Positions 55,801 through 64,000 of a stretch of 64,000 nt of DNA are shown piece after piece (position 1 is the first letter of the stretch; each line of letters opens with the position of its first letter). The stretch is taken from the IMG/VR virus record IMGVR_UViG_3300011113_000805, positions 186,001-250,000 of that record, one strand, 5' to 3'. Under the pieces are notes generated by a model. The model made no database searches, was not told where the DNA came from, and worked only from the letters and a program-made list of their open reading frames with translations. The position numbers and the translations under genes were made by a program.

Positions 55801-55998
55801 TGTTCTTCTTCCTCAGGTGGTCCTAAAACCAATTCAAGTCCTTGATAAACAGCATCGAGAATATCCTCCTCAGGAATTCCCTCGGCTGCAGCCTGAATAA
55901 CTAGCTCATTGATCTTGTTAAGTAAGTCATTTGAGAATGTCATCAATTTGGCTCCTCCTGATTATAGGACACTGTGCACAGTGTACAACTATTTACCA

Positions 55999-56733
55999 TC
56001 AACGTTGATATACTTCATCAAAGATACACGCCAACTGTTTTCCCATCAATCTAGGCATTCTATCAATAGGAAATCCCATTTTGCTTAATGCGACGCGGGC
56101 TTCATTGTGCCTTGCTTCAAGTTGGGACAAACCGTTAGGTTCAGTCTTAATTTTGTATTTGTAATTAAGCCATTGTCGATCTTGCAATTTGCAGTCATCT
56201 TCGATTGGAGGGGTTTGAGGATCCTCATAATTGTCAAACTCTAGTGCCTCTATTTCACCACTCTTTGCGCGATTATTATAGTTCTTCCAAATTTTGGCAG
56301 CTGAGTCACTCGTTTCGCTTCTATCTGATGTGAGTCCGCCATAGTACCACATTGCAGCTTCATATGCAGCAGGTCCCATTCCTGTTCCTGGCCACGCAGC
56401 TGAGAACTCAACATAGTAAGAACCTAAACACTCAGCATTCCAACTCAATTTATTCACTTTTCTAACAAAAACACCTGATTTGACAATGGGATTACCTAAT
56501 TCTAAAGACTCCTCAATAGCAAAAGGTATTGCCTCTGTGGCCCTGGCATATCTCACACTTTCGATTAGCAGATTTGGATCATAGATTGCAACCCCCTCCA
56601 GCTCGTTTTTATGGCCGCGATGCATGATATCGCAAATTGCATATCCCATACTAACAGCACGTGAAATCGGCGATGTTGATTCAGTCAGCATCATGTGAAG
56701 TATTGTTTCTCGAATAAATTCCCTTAGGATCAT
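55999..56733 (-). CDS. Leader-bearing GNAT-like acetyltransferase
   Basis: MILREFIRETILHMMLTES; GMGPAAYEAAM...GLTSDR..S.SA.KIW. Confidence 0.68.
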   Translation of the reverse strand: MILREFIRETILHMMLTESTSPISRAVSMGYAICDIMHRGHKNELEGVAIYDPNLLIESVRYARATEAIPFAIEESLELGNPIVKSGVFVRKVNKLSWNAECLGSYYVEFSAAWPGTGMGPAAYEAAMWYYGGLTSDRSETSDSAAKIWKNYNNRAKSGEIEALEFDNYEDPQTPPIEDDCKLQDRQWLNYKYKIKTEPNGLSQLEARHNEARVALSKMGFPIDRMPRLMGKQLACIFDEVYQR

Positions 56734-57443
56734 GTGATTTTTACACCTCTAACTGTGATGGGAAGCACCAATGACCAATTGCCGCTAGCGGCTAGTTGCA
56801 GCATTGCATCAGGCCTATAGACCGTCTTTCGAACCAAGCTATTTTTGCTTCTTAAAAGCCAGTCTTTGCGAGCCCTAAGATAAGCAGTCACCCAGGCTTT
56901 TTCATCACCTCCATTTCTTGGGGAAGCTTCTGGAAACGCTGCTCGATGTGTTGCTACCCTACCAGGACCACTGTGAATGCAGGTATCGTAGATCGCTAAA
57001 ACACCTAGCGCAGTCGATATACCAGCGCTCGCTGCATGATTAAGAGCCGGCTGGAAGTAGTCCTCATCAAAGACTTCATCCTGGGCACGCCACATAATGG
57101 GATCAGGCCCTGCTTCACGAAGAAGCCTGATCAACTGTATCACTTCATCTCCCCAAGGACCCTTAGGTGGGACACGCGTTGAGGTATTCGAGCCAAGAGC
57201 AGGAAGAAAAGCTGCCAGTTCATTTGAAAGTTTTCCACCCAATCGGATGTAAGTTCGAACCACTCTATCTAAAGATCCAGATCGATCTGTAGACTGATGC
57301 TTTCCATATGAGATACCGGCTCCATCTGCAAGTATTGTGCAAGTCGAATACGAGCTAGGGCTCGGGATTCTGCCTGTTTCGAAAATAGAAAGAACGGAGT
57401 CAATAACACGCTTTTGTTCTGTGGTAAGCACTGGTAATGTCAT
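56730..57443 (-). CDS. GH46 chitosanase-like, lysozyme-fold cell-wall hydrolase
   Basis: SIFETG...DGAGISYG..Q.T..SGSL, AQD..FD..YF.PA, YDT.IHSG. Confidence 0.8.
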   Translation of the reverse strand: MTLPVLTTEQKRVIDSVLSIFETGRIPSPSSYSTCTILADGAGISYGKHQSTDRSGSLDRVVRTYIRLGGKLSNELAAFLPALGSNTSTRVPPKGPWGDEVIQLIRLLREAGPDPIMWRAQDEVFDEDYFQPALNHAASAGISTALGVLAIYDTCIHSGPGRVATHRAAFPEASPRNGGDEKAWVTAYLRARKDWLLRSKNSLVRKTVYRPDAMLQLAASGNWSLVLPITVRGVKIT

Positions 57444-58105
57444 GCAGTCATTCCTGCAGCTTCTGCAAGAGCTATTACGTGATCTTCACGAACTTTAAAC
57501 ACAACCTGATGATTGACACGTTCAACCCATCCTACATTAAAAAATCTGGGAATTCCGTTCTCTTTTGTGATCCAATGCTCATTTGAAAGTTTCTGATCGG
57601 GAACACAATTTTCTATTGCGGTCCATCGATCGCTATCCGACCACCCAATTTCATCACCATATTCATCAAATTCTGTGTTGTGTTCCTCATATGCCTTCCA
57701 GCTGAAGTCTGGGCCGTAAGGATTGCGAGGGGAGTTTGGGCACCACCACCCAATTGGCTTGAATAATTTCGCATCCTTTGCGGCATAAACATAATGTCTC
57801 GAATACACATCTTCTTCATTTAACCCTTTAAGGCAACCTTGAATTGTTGGGGCGACAGACATTCTGGGAGTTGTTTCATCCTCAATCACATTTCCATGCA
57901 TGTCCTCGTATGGAGAACTTGGCACTTGTAGTCGTGGCATAAATGAATCACCAAGCCATTTAGTGGTTAGGTGAAATGCATTAAACCTCTTCTCAAATTT
58001 TGCAATCTTCCTAGGTTGACGCATGCGTCTCTTTGTGTACAGAGGAATTTCAGTCTCTTCAAGATTGAGGGTTTCAACTAATGACAATATTCTTGAATTT
58101 CTCAT
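57440..58105 (-). CDS. Hypothetical protein, possible ART fold
   Basis: FHLT...PRMSVAPTI.GCL...EHWI. Confidence 0.5.
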   Translation of the reverse strand: MRNSRILSLVETLNLEETEIPLYTKRRMRQPRKIAKFEKRFNAFHLTTKWLGDSFMPRLQVPSSPYEDMHGNVIEDETTPRMSVAPTIQGCLKGLNEEDVYSRHYVYAAKDAKLFKPIGWWCPNSPRNPYGPDFSWKAYEEHNTEFDEYGDEIGWSDSDRWTAIENCVPDQKLSNEHWITKENGIPRFFNVGWVERVNHQVVFKVREDHVIALAEAAGMTA

Positions 58106-58911
58106 GTATCCCCCGTCCATTTATGAACAAGTTGCTTCCATTCATTCTGCGCCATTGTTTGCATTGTGCTGTTGAAAACTGGTAATCCTGTTTTTTCAAT
58201 TAATTCGATTATGTGCAGAGGGTCATGTCTATGCAAGCTTGTATCGCGTCTATTCCAATCTTCAATAATAATTCCTATAGGACTCCAGTTATCTACAATG
58301 AGTTCATTCGATCCATGCATGTTTTCATCGAACGTTTCCTTGCCAAGGATATAGTAATCGGCTGTCTCATCAAATCCTCCTGCAGGATCAGATAAAAAAA
58401 TGTTTGGTCGTTTTGGCAAGCCAGATGAAGCATACTTTGCAAAGTTTAAAGGCTTGACATGCTTATGATACCCAGAAACAACTGCGTCCATATCATTGGC
58501 GGCCAGCGTTGTTCTTCCTTGAATGACAATTCCAATGGGACCCCACCCACTCATGCGGGTAAGAATCTTTTTTCCAGGAAGATAAGCCATAGTTGACACC
58601 TCGTTCTTCCTGCTCATGGAGAGAAATCTTCCTATATCAGCAGGCTTAACCCAGTGAACTTTAACAAGGGACTTCATAAATTCATGGTCAGCCTCAGCAT
58701 TCCAAGCTCTCTTCACATCTTTGGCACCCTTTTTCAACCAAGAGGGACTTGTATCAAAAAAAGGATCATTTATCCAATAATCAGGTTCTGATTCCTGATC
58801 TATGAATGAGCTTGCATAGACTCTATTATAATTGATGTTACTAGTTCTAGATTTGAAGCCCTGACGATCTTCAGCTAAGAACTCACGTATAAGTGTAAGC
58901 ACAGTCTTCAT
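58102..58911 (-). CDS. Leader-bearing hypothetical protein, possible ART fold
   Basis: MKTVLTLIREFLAED; VHW...EVST...NELIV. Confidence 0.55.
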   Translation of the reverse strand: MKTVLTLIREFLAEDRQGFKSRTSNINYNRVYASSFIDQESEPDYWINDPFFDTSPSWLKKGAKDVKRAWNAEADHEFMKSLVKVHWVKPADIGRFLSMSRKNEVSTMAYLPGKKILTRMSGWGPIGIVIQGRTTLAANDMDAVVSGYHKHVKPLNFAKYASSGLPKRPNIFLSDPAGGFDETADYYILGKETFDENMHGSNELIVDNWSPIGIIIEDWNRRDTSLHRHDPLHIIELIEKTGLPVFNSTMQTMAQNEWKQLVHKWTGDT

Positions 58912-58954
58912 TCTTGGCAGCACCTTGCTATGTACTACATAGGCATTACATGTG

Positions 58955-59545
58955 TCAGTCTTCATCAAGCAAGGTGTATGTAAATGACTTGAAGCCGTTC
59001 ACGGCAACTTGTCGCTTGCAAAGCTTCATGAACTCTTCGAAGTCCTTGTCCATTGCCCAAACCTGACATCCTGCGCTCCATTTATCGACATTTGTAGAGT
59101 TACGACCGGCACGATGCAAATTGATGCCGTAAAGACCCTCTGTAATAGTTTTAGGATCTAGATTAAGGACATCATCCTTGTTGTTGTCACGATAAGTCTT
59201 TACTGGCTTTACCTGCCTAAGGGCTTCCTTTCCGCTATGAAGACCAATTTCCCAGCCACCACGATACTGACCAGGAACCAACGCAGCGCACCCTTTGGAG
59301 TTCATGGTTGTCTTCATCCAATAAAGACCTGGGTCGGTAGTCGCTACCCAGCTCCAGAGCCTCATTGCACCGGTATCATCCTTGCATGCAACAAAGATGC
59401 GATCATCGAACTTGTTAACGGTGCCAGTTTTCCTTCGAACACCAACAATATTCAGGTCCCAACTCTTTGTTTCAAAGGTGACATAACCCTTTGACTTTAC
59501 CCAATCAAGTAGCTGTTGTGGTGTTTTTATGTCTTCAATTTTCAT
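58955..59545 (-). CDS. Putative L,D-transpeptidase-like peptidoglycan hydrolase
   Basis: GINLHRA...WSAGCQ (H...SxGC), ATTDPG, PGQY. Confidence 0.65.
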   Translation of the reverse strand: MKIEDIKTPQQLLDWVKSKGYVTFETKSWDLNIVGVRRKTGTVNKFDDRIFVACKDDTGAMRLWSWVATTDPGLYWMKTTMNSKGCAALVPGQYRGGWEIGLHSGKEALRQVKPVKTYRDNNKDDVLNLDPKTITEGLYGINLHRAGRNSTNVDKWSAGCQVWAMDKDFEEFMKLCKRQVAVNGFKSFTYTLLDED

Positions 59546-59563
59546 CTTTATGAATCCTTAGTG

Positions 59564-59836
59564 CTATGTATCACTTTCGTAAGGAAATGGCATCAAATAT
59601 TTCTCTGAAGCCCACGTGAAAGTATGATCTTCAATGCCGTACACAAGGTATTCGTTGGCAAGTTGATACTTTTCAATAAAGATAGAATTGTTATCCCTTG
59701 CACTGCAAATGTGTGATCCACCACAATGATCAAGCCTGACATTCAAAATCATAACTACTGGCGGATTACGAACAAGGTCAGAGATTGAATATCGACAAGA
59801 AAACACTGCCAGATCACCTTTAGAGAACCTGGACAC
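59564..59836 (-). CDS. Small SH3/KOW-like protein
   Basis: FSKGDL...W..E.YL; degenerate class A element upstream. Confidence 0.55.
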   Translation of the reverse strand: MSRFSKGDLAVFSCRYSISDLVRNPPVVMILNVRLDHCGGSHICSARDNNSIFIEKYQLANEYLVYGIEDHTFTWASEKYLMPFPYESDT

Positions 59837-59910
59837 TGCGTCCTCCCTATGATATGATCTGTTACTATAGCACTAGCATTTAGTACAGGACAAAGATAAA
59901 CTTTTGCTAA

Positions 59911-60675
59911 TTATTTATTTCCAGAAAGTTTTCTAATTCTTCTTATAGATTGCCCCTGTTTTCGAAGTTCACGAGCACGATTTACTCTATCCTTTGCATC
60001 TGATGACTCATCACCGGTGATGCTATTGATCACAGTAATTTTTGTGATAGGTGTTACGACTCGTTTCACTTCATCAAGATTTCTAATGTCATCATCATAG
60101 AAGTAAATTTCATCGTACACATGCGCTGGAATTCCGCCATTGATAAAGGCTTTTCCTTTGCTTCGATGTGTTGAATCACCCCAGCCTCCAACGCAAATAA
60201 TTCTGGCAATTGGAACTTTGACACCGGCATGCTGAAGAATAAAACTGGCAATTCCACTTTCGTCCCCTGACTTTCTCCCTGTGAGAACCCAAATGTCACT
60301 GCCGGTCTGACTGGCATCCTGCAAGTGTCGAATACCATTAGCAATGGGCTTTGCAGACGTGTGATCAACATGCACGATGTCGCTGAAGTCTAGGGCAACA
60401 ACATGTCCATCGATGAGATCACCGCCATGCTGGATTGATTTGACACCATGCGAGTCCATTGCCTGCGAGAGATCTGCAAACTCTCGGCTAGTGAGAGAAT
60501 ATCGAAGAGCATTTGGCAAATATTCCAGGCGAGAATGACGAGTTTTCTCAAGGCCTGGAATACGATGAATCTCTACGGGATCTCCCTGAAAGTAGGGGTG
60601 TGCATAAATCATCGCATCCGAGTGCGACAGGGTGTCATCAAAGTCAAAGACATGTGCAGTTTTCATTGCCGGCAT
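59911..60675 (-). CDS. HAD-superfamily phosphatase
   Basis: FDFDDTL, LTGR, K, FYDDD..NL. Confidence 0.75.
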   Translation of the reverse strand: MPAMKTAHVFDFDDTLSHSDAMIYAHPYFQGDPVEIHRIPGLEKTRHSRLEYLPNALRYSLTSREFADLSQAMDSHGVKSIQHGGDLIDGHVVALDFSDIVHVDHTSAKPIANGIRHLQDASQTGSDIWVLTGRKSGDESGIASFILQHAGVKVPIARIICVGGWGDSTHRSKGKAFINGGIPAHVYDEIYFYDDDIRNLDEVKRVVTPITKITVINSITGDESSDAKDRVNRARELRKQGQSIRRIRKLSGNK

Positions 60676-60694
60676 CGCTCATTGCATTAAGTAT

Positions 60695-60910
60695 TCACTC
60701 ACATCGCATGGTCTCATCTGCCGGAACTTGAATTAGGGATCCATCCCTGTCAAGCCGAATGGTTGCCCACATTCTTTGCTGCGCTGCTCCACCAACGAGA
60801 TGCATATCTGTCTGATGAAATGTGAGCTCCACAACTGTTCCAACTTGGTTCATGTTGAAAACTGGGTGAACCCTATCATTGATTTTTACCATCTTTCTTC
60901 TCCGAAACAA
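60695..60910 (-). CDS. Small SH3/KOW-like protein
   Basis: KINDRV...GTVVE. Confidence 0.55.
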   Translation of the reverse strand: MFRRRKMVKINDRVHPVFNMNQVGTVVELTFHQTDMHLVGGAAQQRMWATIRLDRDGSLIQVPADETMRCE

Positions 60911-61005
60911 TATTTTACTTTTGCTATTTAATAGGATATGGCGATTTTTAACAATGTTTAGCTTAAACTCTCACAAATGATACATAGACTTATAGGAGTT
61001 TTGTC

Positions 61006-61344
61006 ATGTTGGACTACACCGAAGTCATTGTTGGTGCACTAACTACCGCAGGAACAGTTCTTGGAAGCTCAGCTGCCTGGAAGTTCTGGGAGAAGAGAGC
61101 TGGTGAGAAGGCAAAACAAGCTGAGATGGATCGAAAGGATGATAACCTCTTCAGAGATGATCTTCGTGAAAGGGTCGCAGCTCTAGAGGCAAAGCTTGAG
61201 AAGTCAGACAAAGAGAAGCAAAGTCTCCAGAAAGAAGTCATCAAGCTTGTGGAGAAAATCGCAATGCTATCTGTTGAAGTAGATTTCCTAAGAAAGGAAA
61301 ACACAGAGTTGCGTGAAAAATTAGGCTATGCAGGAAATGATTAA
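61006..61344 (+). CDS. Membrane-anchored coiled-coil protein (holin-like)
   Basis: N-terminal hydrophobic helix followed by heptads; AGGAG RBS. Confidence 0.65.
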   Translation: MLDYTEVIVGALTTAGTVLGSSAAWKFWEKRAGEKAKQAEMDRKDDNLFRDDLRERVAALEAKLEKSDKEKQSLQKEVIKLVEKIAMLSVEVDFLRKENTELREKLGYAGND

Positions 61345-61374
61345 CCATTTCATTCCTTGCAAGATTAAGATCAT

Positions 61375-62499
61375 TCACCTTGTTAGGTAACCGGTACCAA
61401 CCAGCTTATAGCTAATTTTTTCGTTTAGCTGTAGGCCTGGAGAAATTTCAATTGGATAATCACCTCGAATTACAATTCCTTCCCTCACGTGATTTGCGCC
61501 TGGGATATGGGTGGATCCTTCACTAAGGCTAATAATTTCAGAAGGAATTCCCTTCTCGGTGTTCCATGTTGTTTCAGACAAAATCGGCACCATGGGAATG
61601 TCAAGTTCATTGCAAAAATTTACAAGCTCGGCAAAGGTTAGCCATGTTTTGCTATTTGAATTCCAGCAATCGAAAGCCCTAAATTCGGCGCCCTCTTCAA
61701 CACCATATTTTAGGTCTTGCACTTGCCCATACACTTCACCATATAGAAGGTAGCCGGGCTTTGACTTAAGCTTTTCTTTAAGATTAAACTTTTCTGCCAC
61801 ATCCCACCACAAACCACCAGAGCTTCCTTCTTCAGGCTCCTTCTTAAACAAGGTTCGAGATCGGACCCAAAACTTCAAATCACCATGATGGCTAAGCCAG
61901 CCATATGATGAATTTGCTCCATGGATCTTCTCGGTTACCCATACCTGAGTTCCATTTGGAATGTTTTTCCAATTTTTGCTAAGAGAGTCAACATCATATT
62001 TTTCACAAGGCAATAGACCGACTGGACCGGAAACGGCTAGTCCTGGCTTAAATTTGCCACCTGCCTTGCCGGCATGCATGTTTAGTTCATGCTTTTTGAT
62101 TTGGAGTGCATCTGAAATTTCTTTATTTGTTTTTCCGATGTACGCAGAATCAAACGGAACAATAAGCCCCCTGCTCATAATTCCACGAAGCTTCATTGCT
62201 TTAATTTTTGCATAACCATCGGACTTTGCATTTTTTGCAAGAAATGCAAATAGTGGATTAGAAACAGGCACCATAGGCTCGTTGACAGAATCCAGCCACA
62301 GTGCAATGTCACCCTTTTTGAAGGTACCACTCTTCACAATGGCAAAATTAACATTCGAACCATCAGGAGACACCAAATCCAGTGCATCAGCGTTTGGATG
62401 CTTAAAGACATCTTCAATTGAAATAATCTCTACCAAAGGATTTGCTTCAGAAAAGGAGGGGATTTCATCAACAGGTTCATCATTTACATGCGGATTCAT
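61375..62499 (-). CDS. RNA ligase, DRB0094 family
   Basis: N-terminal HPNAD.L OB-like domain, TEKIHGAN, GEVYG, F..FD, REGIV, YKLV. Confidence 0.88.
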   Translation of the reverse strand: MNPHVNDEPVDEIPSFSEANPLVEIISIEDVFKHPNADALDLVSPDGSNVNFAIVKSGTFKKGDIALWLDSVNEPMVPVSNPLFAFLAKNAKSDGYAKIKAMKLRGIMSRGLIVPFDSAYIGKTNKEISDALQIKKHELNMHAGKAGGKFKPGLAVSGPVGLLPCEKYDVDSLSKNWKNIPNGTQVWVTEKIHGANSSYGWLSHHGDLKFWVRSRTLFKKEPEEGSSGGLWWDVAEKFNLKEKLKSKPGYLLYGEVYGQVQDLKYGVEEGAEFRAFDCWNSNSKTWLTFAELVNFCNELDIPMVPILSETTWNTEKGIPSEIISLSEGSTHIPGANHVREGIVIRGDYPIEISPGLQLNEKISYKLVGTGYLTR

Positions 62500-62603
62500 T
62501 TTAACTTATCCTCTTGATTAATTGGTGTGTATTCTAATGATAACCTGGCAACTGCAAATTTAATACGAAATTCCTAACCAACATCTTCAAGCTGAAAATG
62601 CAA

Positions 62604-63170
62604 TCATAATGAAGCCGGCTTCCACCATGATGGTTCAGGTCCGTGTCGCCACTTCGCAAATCTCACCTTAGATCCCAGGTAGTAATTACGATAACTTTGG
62701 ACAGGATCACCTGGCACTTTGTATTCTTCAGGCATTGCCAAGGCAAATGATGTAAGACCACTACCTGTTGATGCCCATGCCGGTGGCTGTGTGTCAATCG
62801 CCCATTGAGTGACAGATTCAGATTTGATAATCTTTCCATATCGTGCAGTATATTCGTGACAAAGTCCTAATCCGTGCTTTGCTAACCAAGCATAATTCTC
62901 AGGTGTTTGTCGGGCCCAAACAGAGCAAGGATGATTTACATGTGTCATACTATAGGGTGGAACAAGATCAGGATCTGGAATATTGATAGCTAGCCACTCC
63001 TTTAGCTTCTTGCCGCGAAGCTCAACAGGCGGTGACAGCATCTTTTGCCAGCCTACCCAATGAACTGAGCATAAAACTTGGCAAGTTTCAAGTGACATTT
63101 TGCAAATATGCTTATCACATAGATCTTTTGCAGCTAGAATCGGATCCAGGTTGGTCACAAAGATATTCAT
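62604..63170 (-). CDS. denV: Pyrimidine-dimer DNA glycosylase (endonuclease V-like)
   Basis: MNIF...P...A..LCDKH..KM.LE..Q.L, H.NHPC..W, EY..RYGK, YR.YY. Confidence 0.8.
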   Translation of the reverse strand: MNIFVTNLDPILAAKDLCDKHICKMSLETCQVLCSVHWVGWQKMLSPPVELRGKKLKEWLAINIPDPDLVPPYSMTHVNHPCSVWARQTPENYAWLAKHGLGLCHEYTARYGKIIKSESVTQWAIDTQPPAWASTGSGLTSFALAMPEEYKVPGDPVQSYRNYYLGSKVRFAKWRHGPEPSWWKPASL

Positions 63171-63227
63171 TCATTCCTCTATGAGTATGTGATATCGAAT
63201 TGTATTCATCCGATAGAATAATTTCAA

Positions 63228-64000
63228 TCAAGTGGTAGGAACAAACTTCTTGATATAATCCATCACAGCAAGCTCCTTTGCCTTTGCCTCGATGACAACA
63301 TCAATATCGGCATTAAGATGCCGATAAGGACTATGAATATAGTCACTGTGAGCCGAGGGGGCAACAGATTTACCCTCAGTATTTCGGGCTGAGTTGGAGA
63401 GGTGAAAGACGGGCCGAATACCGCTAGGCCAGGTACTCATTGCAAGGCGAAATGCTTCCTCGTATGAGGTGTCACCGTGATTGTTGGCCACCTCAAAGTG
63501 ATGAGAGTCGAAGACGATGGGAACCCCAAGGCGCTGATGGACAATGGCAAGATCATTGACGCTGTAGAGGGAGCCCTTGTCATCGTTTTCAAGGGTGATT
63601 CGTGCTTTCACGGATTCGGGCAAGAGATCCCAGTTCTTGCACCATCGGTCAATTGCTGATGCTTTGTCACCGAACGAGCCACCCATATGAATGTTGATCT
63701 TGGATTCACGAGACCGAGGAAGGCCCATTGCATCCATGATCTCACCATGAATGCGAAGGTCGCGAACACAATTGAGAACAACTTTCTCACGAGGAGAGGT
63801 GAGGCAATTAAACTGCCCTGGATGAAAGGTGAGACGCTGGCCACCGCGCTTCGCAATGGCCGCGGCACGTTCCAGGTTGGAACGAATCGTTCGCCAATCA
63901 GGAAGATTCTCAAGCTCATATTCGGAAGCCCAAGGAAGGATCTCAGAACTCATTCGATAGAGCTTGATGCCATTCCGATTATTCCAGTCAATGATCTTGC
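63228..64000 (-). CDS. uvsE: UV damage endonuclease UvdE (5' end outside the window)
   Basis: YRMSS, R.TFHPGQF, NIH.G, LENDD, FDSHH, H.S, HSD, EAK.KE; frame open to the window edge. Confidence 0.92.
   Translation of the reverse strand, partial: KIIDWNNRNGIKLYRMSSEILPWASEYELENLPDWRTIRSNLERAAAIAKRGGQRLTFHPGQFNCLTSPREKVVLNCVRDLRIHGEIMDAMGLPRSRESKINIHMGGSFGDKASAIDRWCKNWDLLPESVKARITLENDDKGSLYSVNDLAIVHQRLGVPIVFDSHHFEVANNHGDTSYEEAFRLAMSTWPSGIRPVFHLSNSARNTEGKSVAPSAHSDYIHSPYRHLNADIDVVIEAKAKELAVMDYIKKFVPTT

Noticed and set aside
1-64000. Genome-wide TAG reassignment
   Set aside because: Many genes end at TAG at family-conserved C-termini (for example HLQSGK*), and coding density is high under the standard code.
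1-64000. Eukaryotic giant virus or cellular chromosome origin
   Set aside because: SD sequences, coupled operons, CCA-encoding tRNAs, a split T4-type topoisomerase and dense small unidirectional ORFs indicate a bacteriophage.

Overview
This window is a 64 kb segment of a large, T4-like or jumbo-type bacteriophage genome. Almost all genes lie on the minus strand, with Shine-Dalgarno sites and ATGA/TAATG overlaps. Recognisable genes are a type IIA topoisomerase large subunit (T4 gp39+60-like) with an adjacent free-standing PD-(D/E)XK homing-endonuclease-like gene, a GIY-YIG nuclease, a metallophosphoesterase, a MoxR-like AAA ATPase, a vWA/metallopeptidase, a RadA/Sms-like ATPase, nine CCA-encoding tRNAs, a GH46-like muramidase, a putative L,D-peptidase, a HAD phosphatase, a DRB0094-family RNA ligase, a DenV-like glycosylase and a partial UvdE. 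Two higher-order systems stand out. (1) About 24 otherwise unrelated proteins share an N-terminal leader (M-x-I/L-T/S-E-x-x-L-R-x-I/L-I/V-R-x-x-x-L-x-E|A/S). It resembles T4 capsid-targeting sequences ending in a prohead-protease L/I-x-E site. The cargoes are largely modifying enzymes: six R-S-ExE ADP-ribosyltransferase paralogues, a PARP-like ART with LRR-like repeats, about six GNATs, a nucleotidyltransferase and a nuclease. Many follow a T4-late-like TA-N-N-TA box. (2) Arrays of self-contained gene cassettes are separated by a repeated hairpin-promoter-RBS junction element (about 25 copies). They carry 15 intact copies and one remnant of a mosaic, Ala-repeat-variable Imm5-like gene, plus unrelated ORFs. 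There is also a large expansion of small SH3/KOW-like proteins and several structured non-coding elements. All functional calls come from motifs read by eye. No database searches were run.
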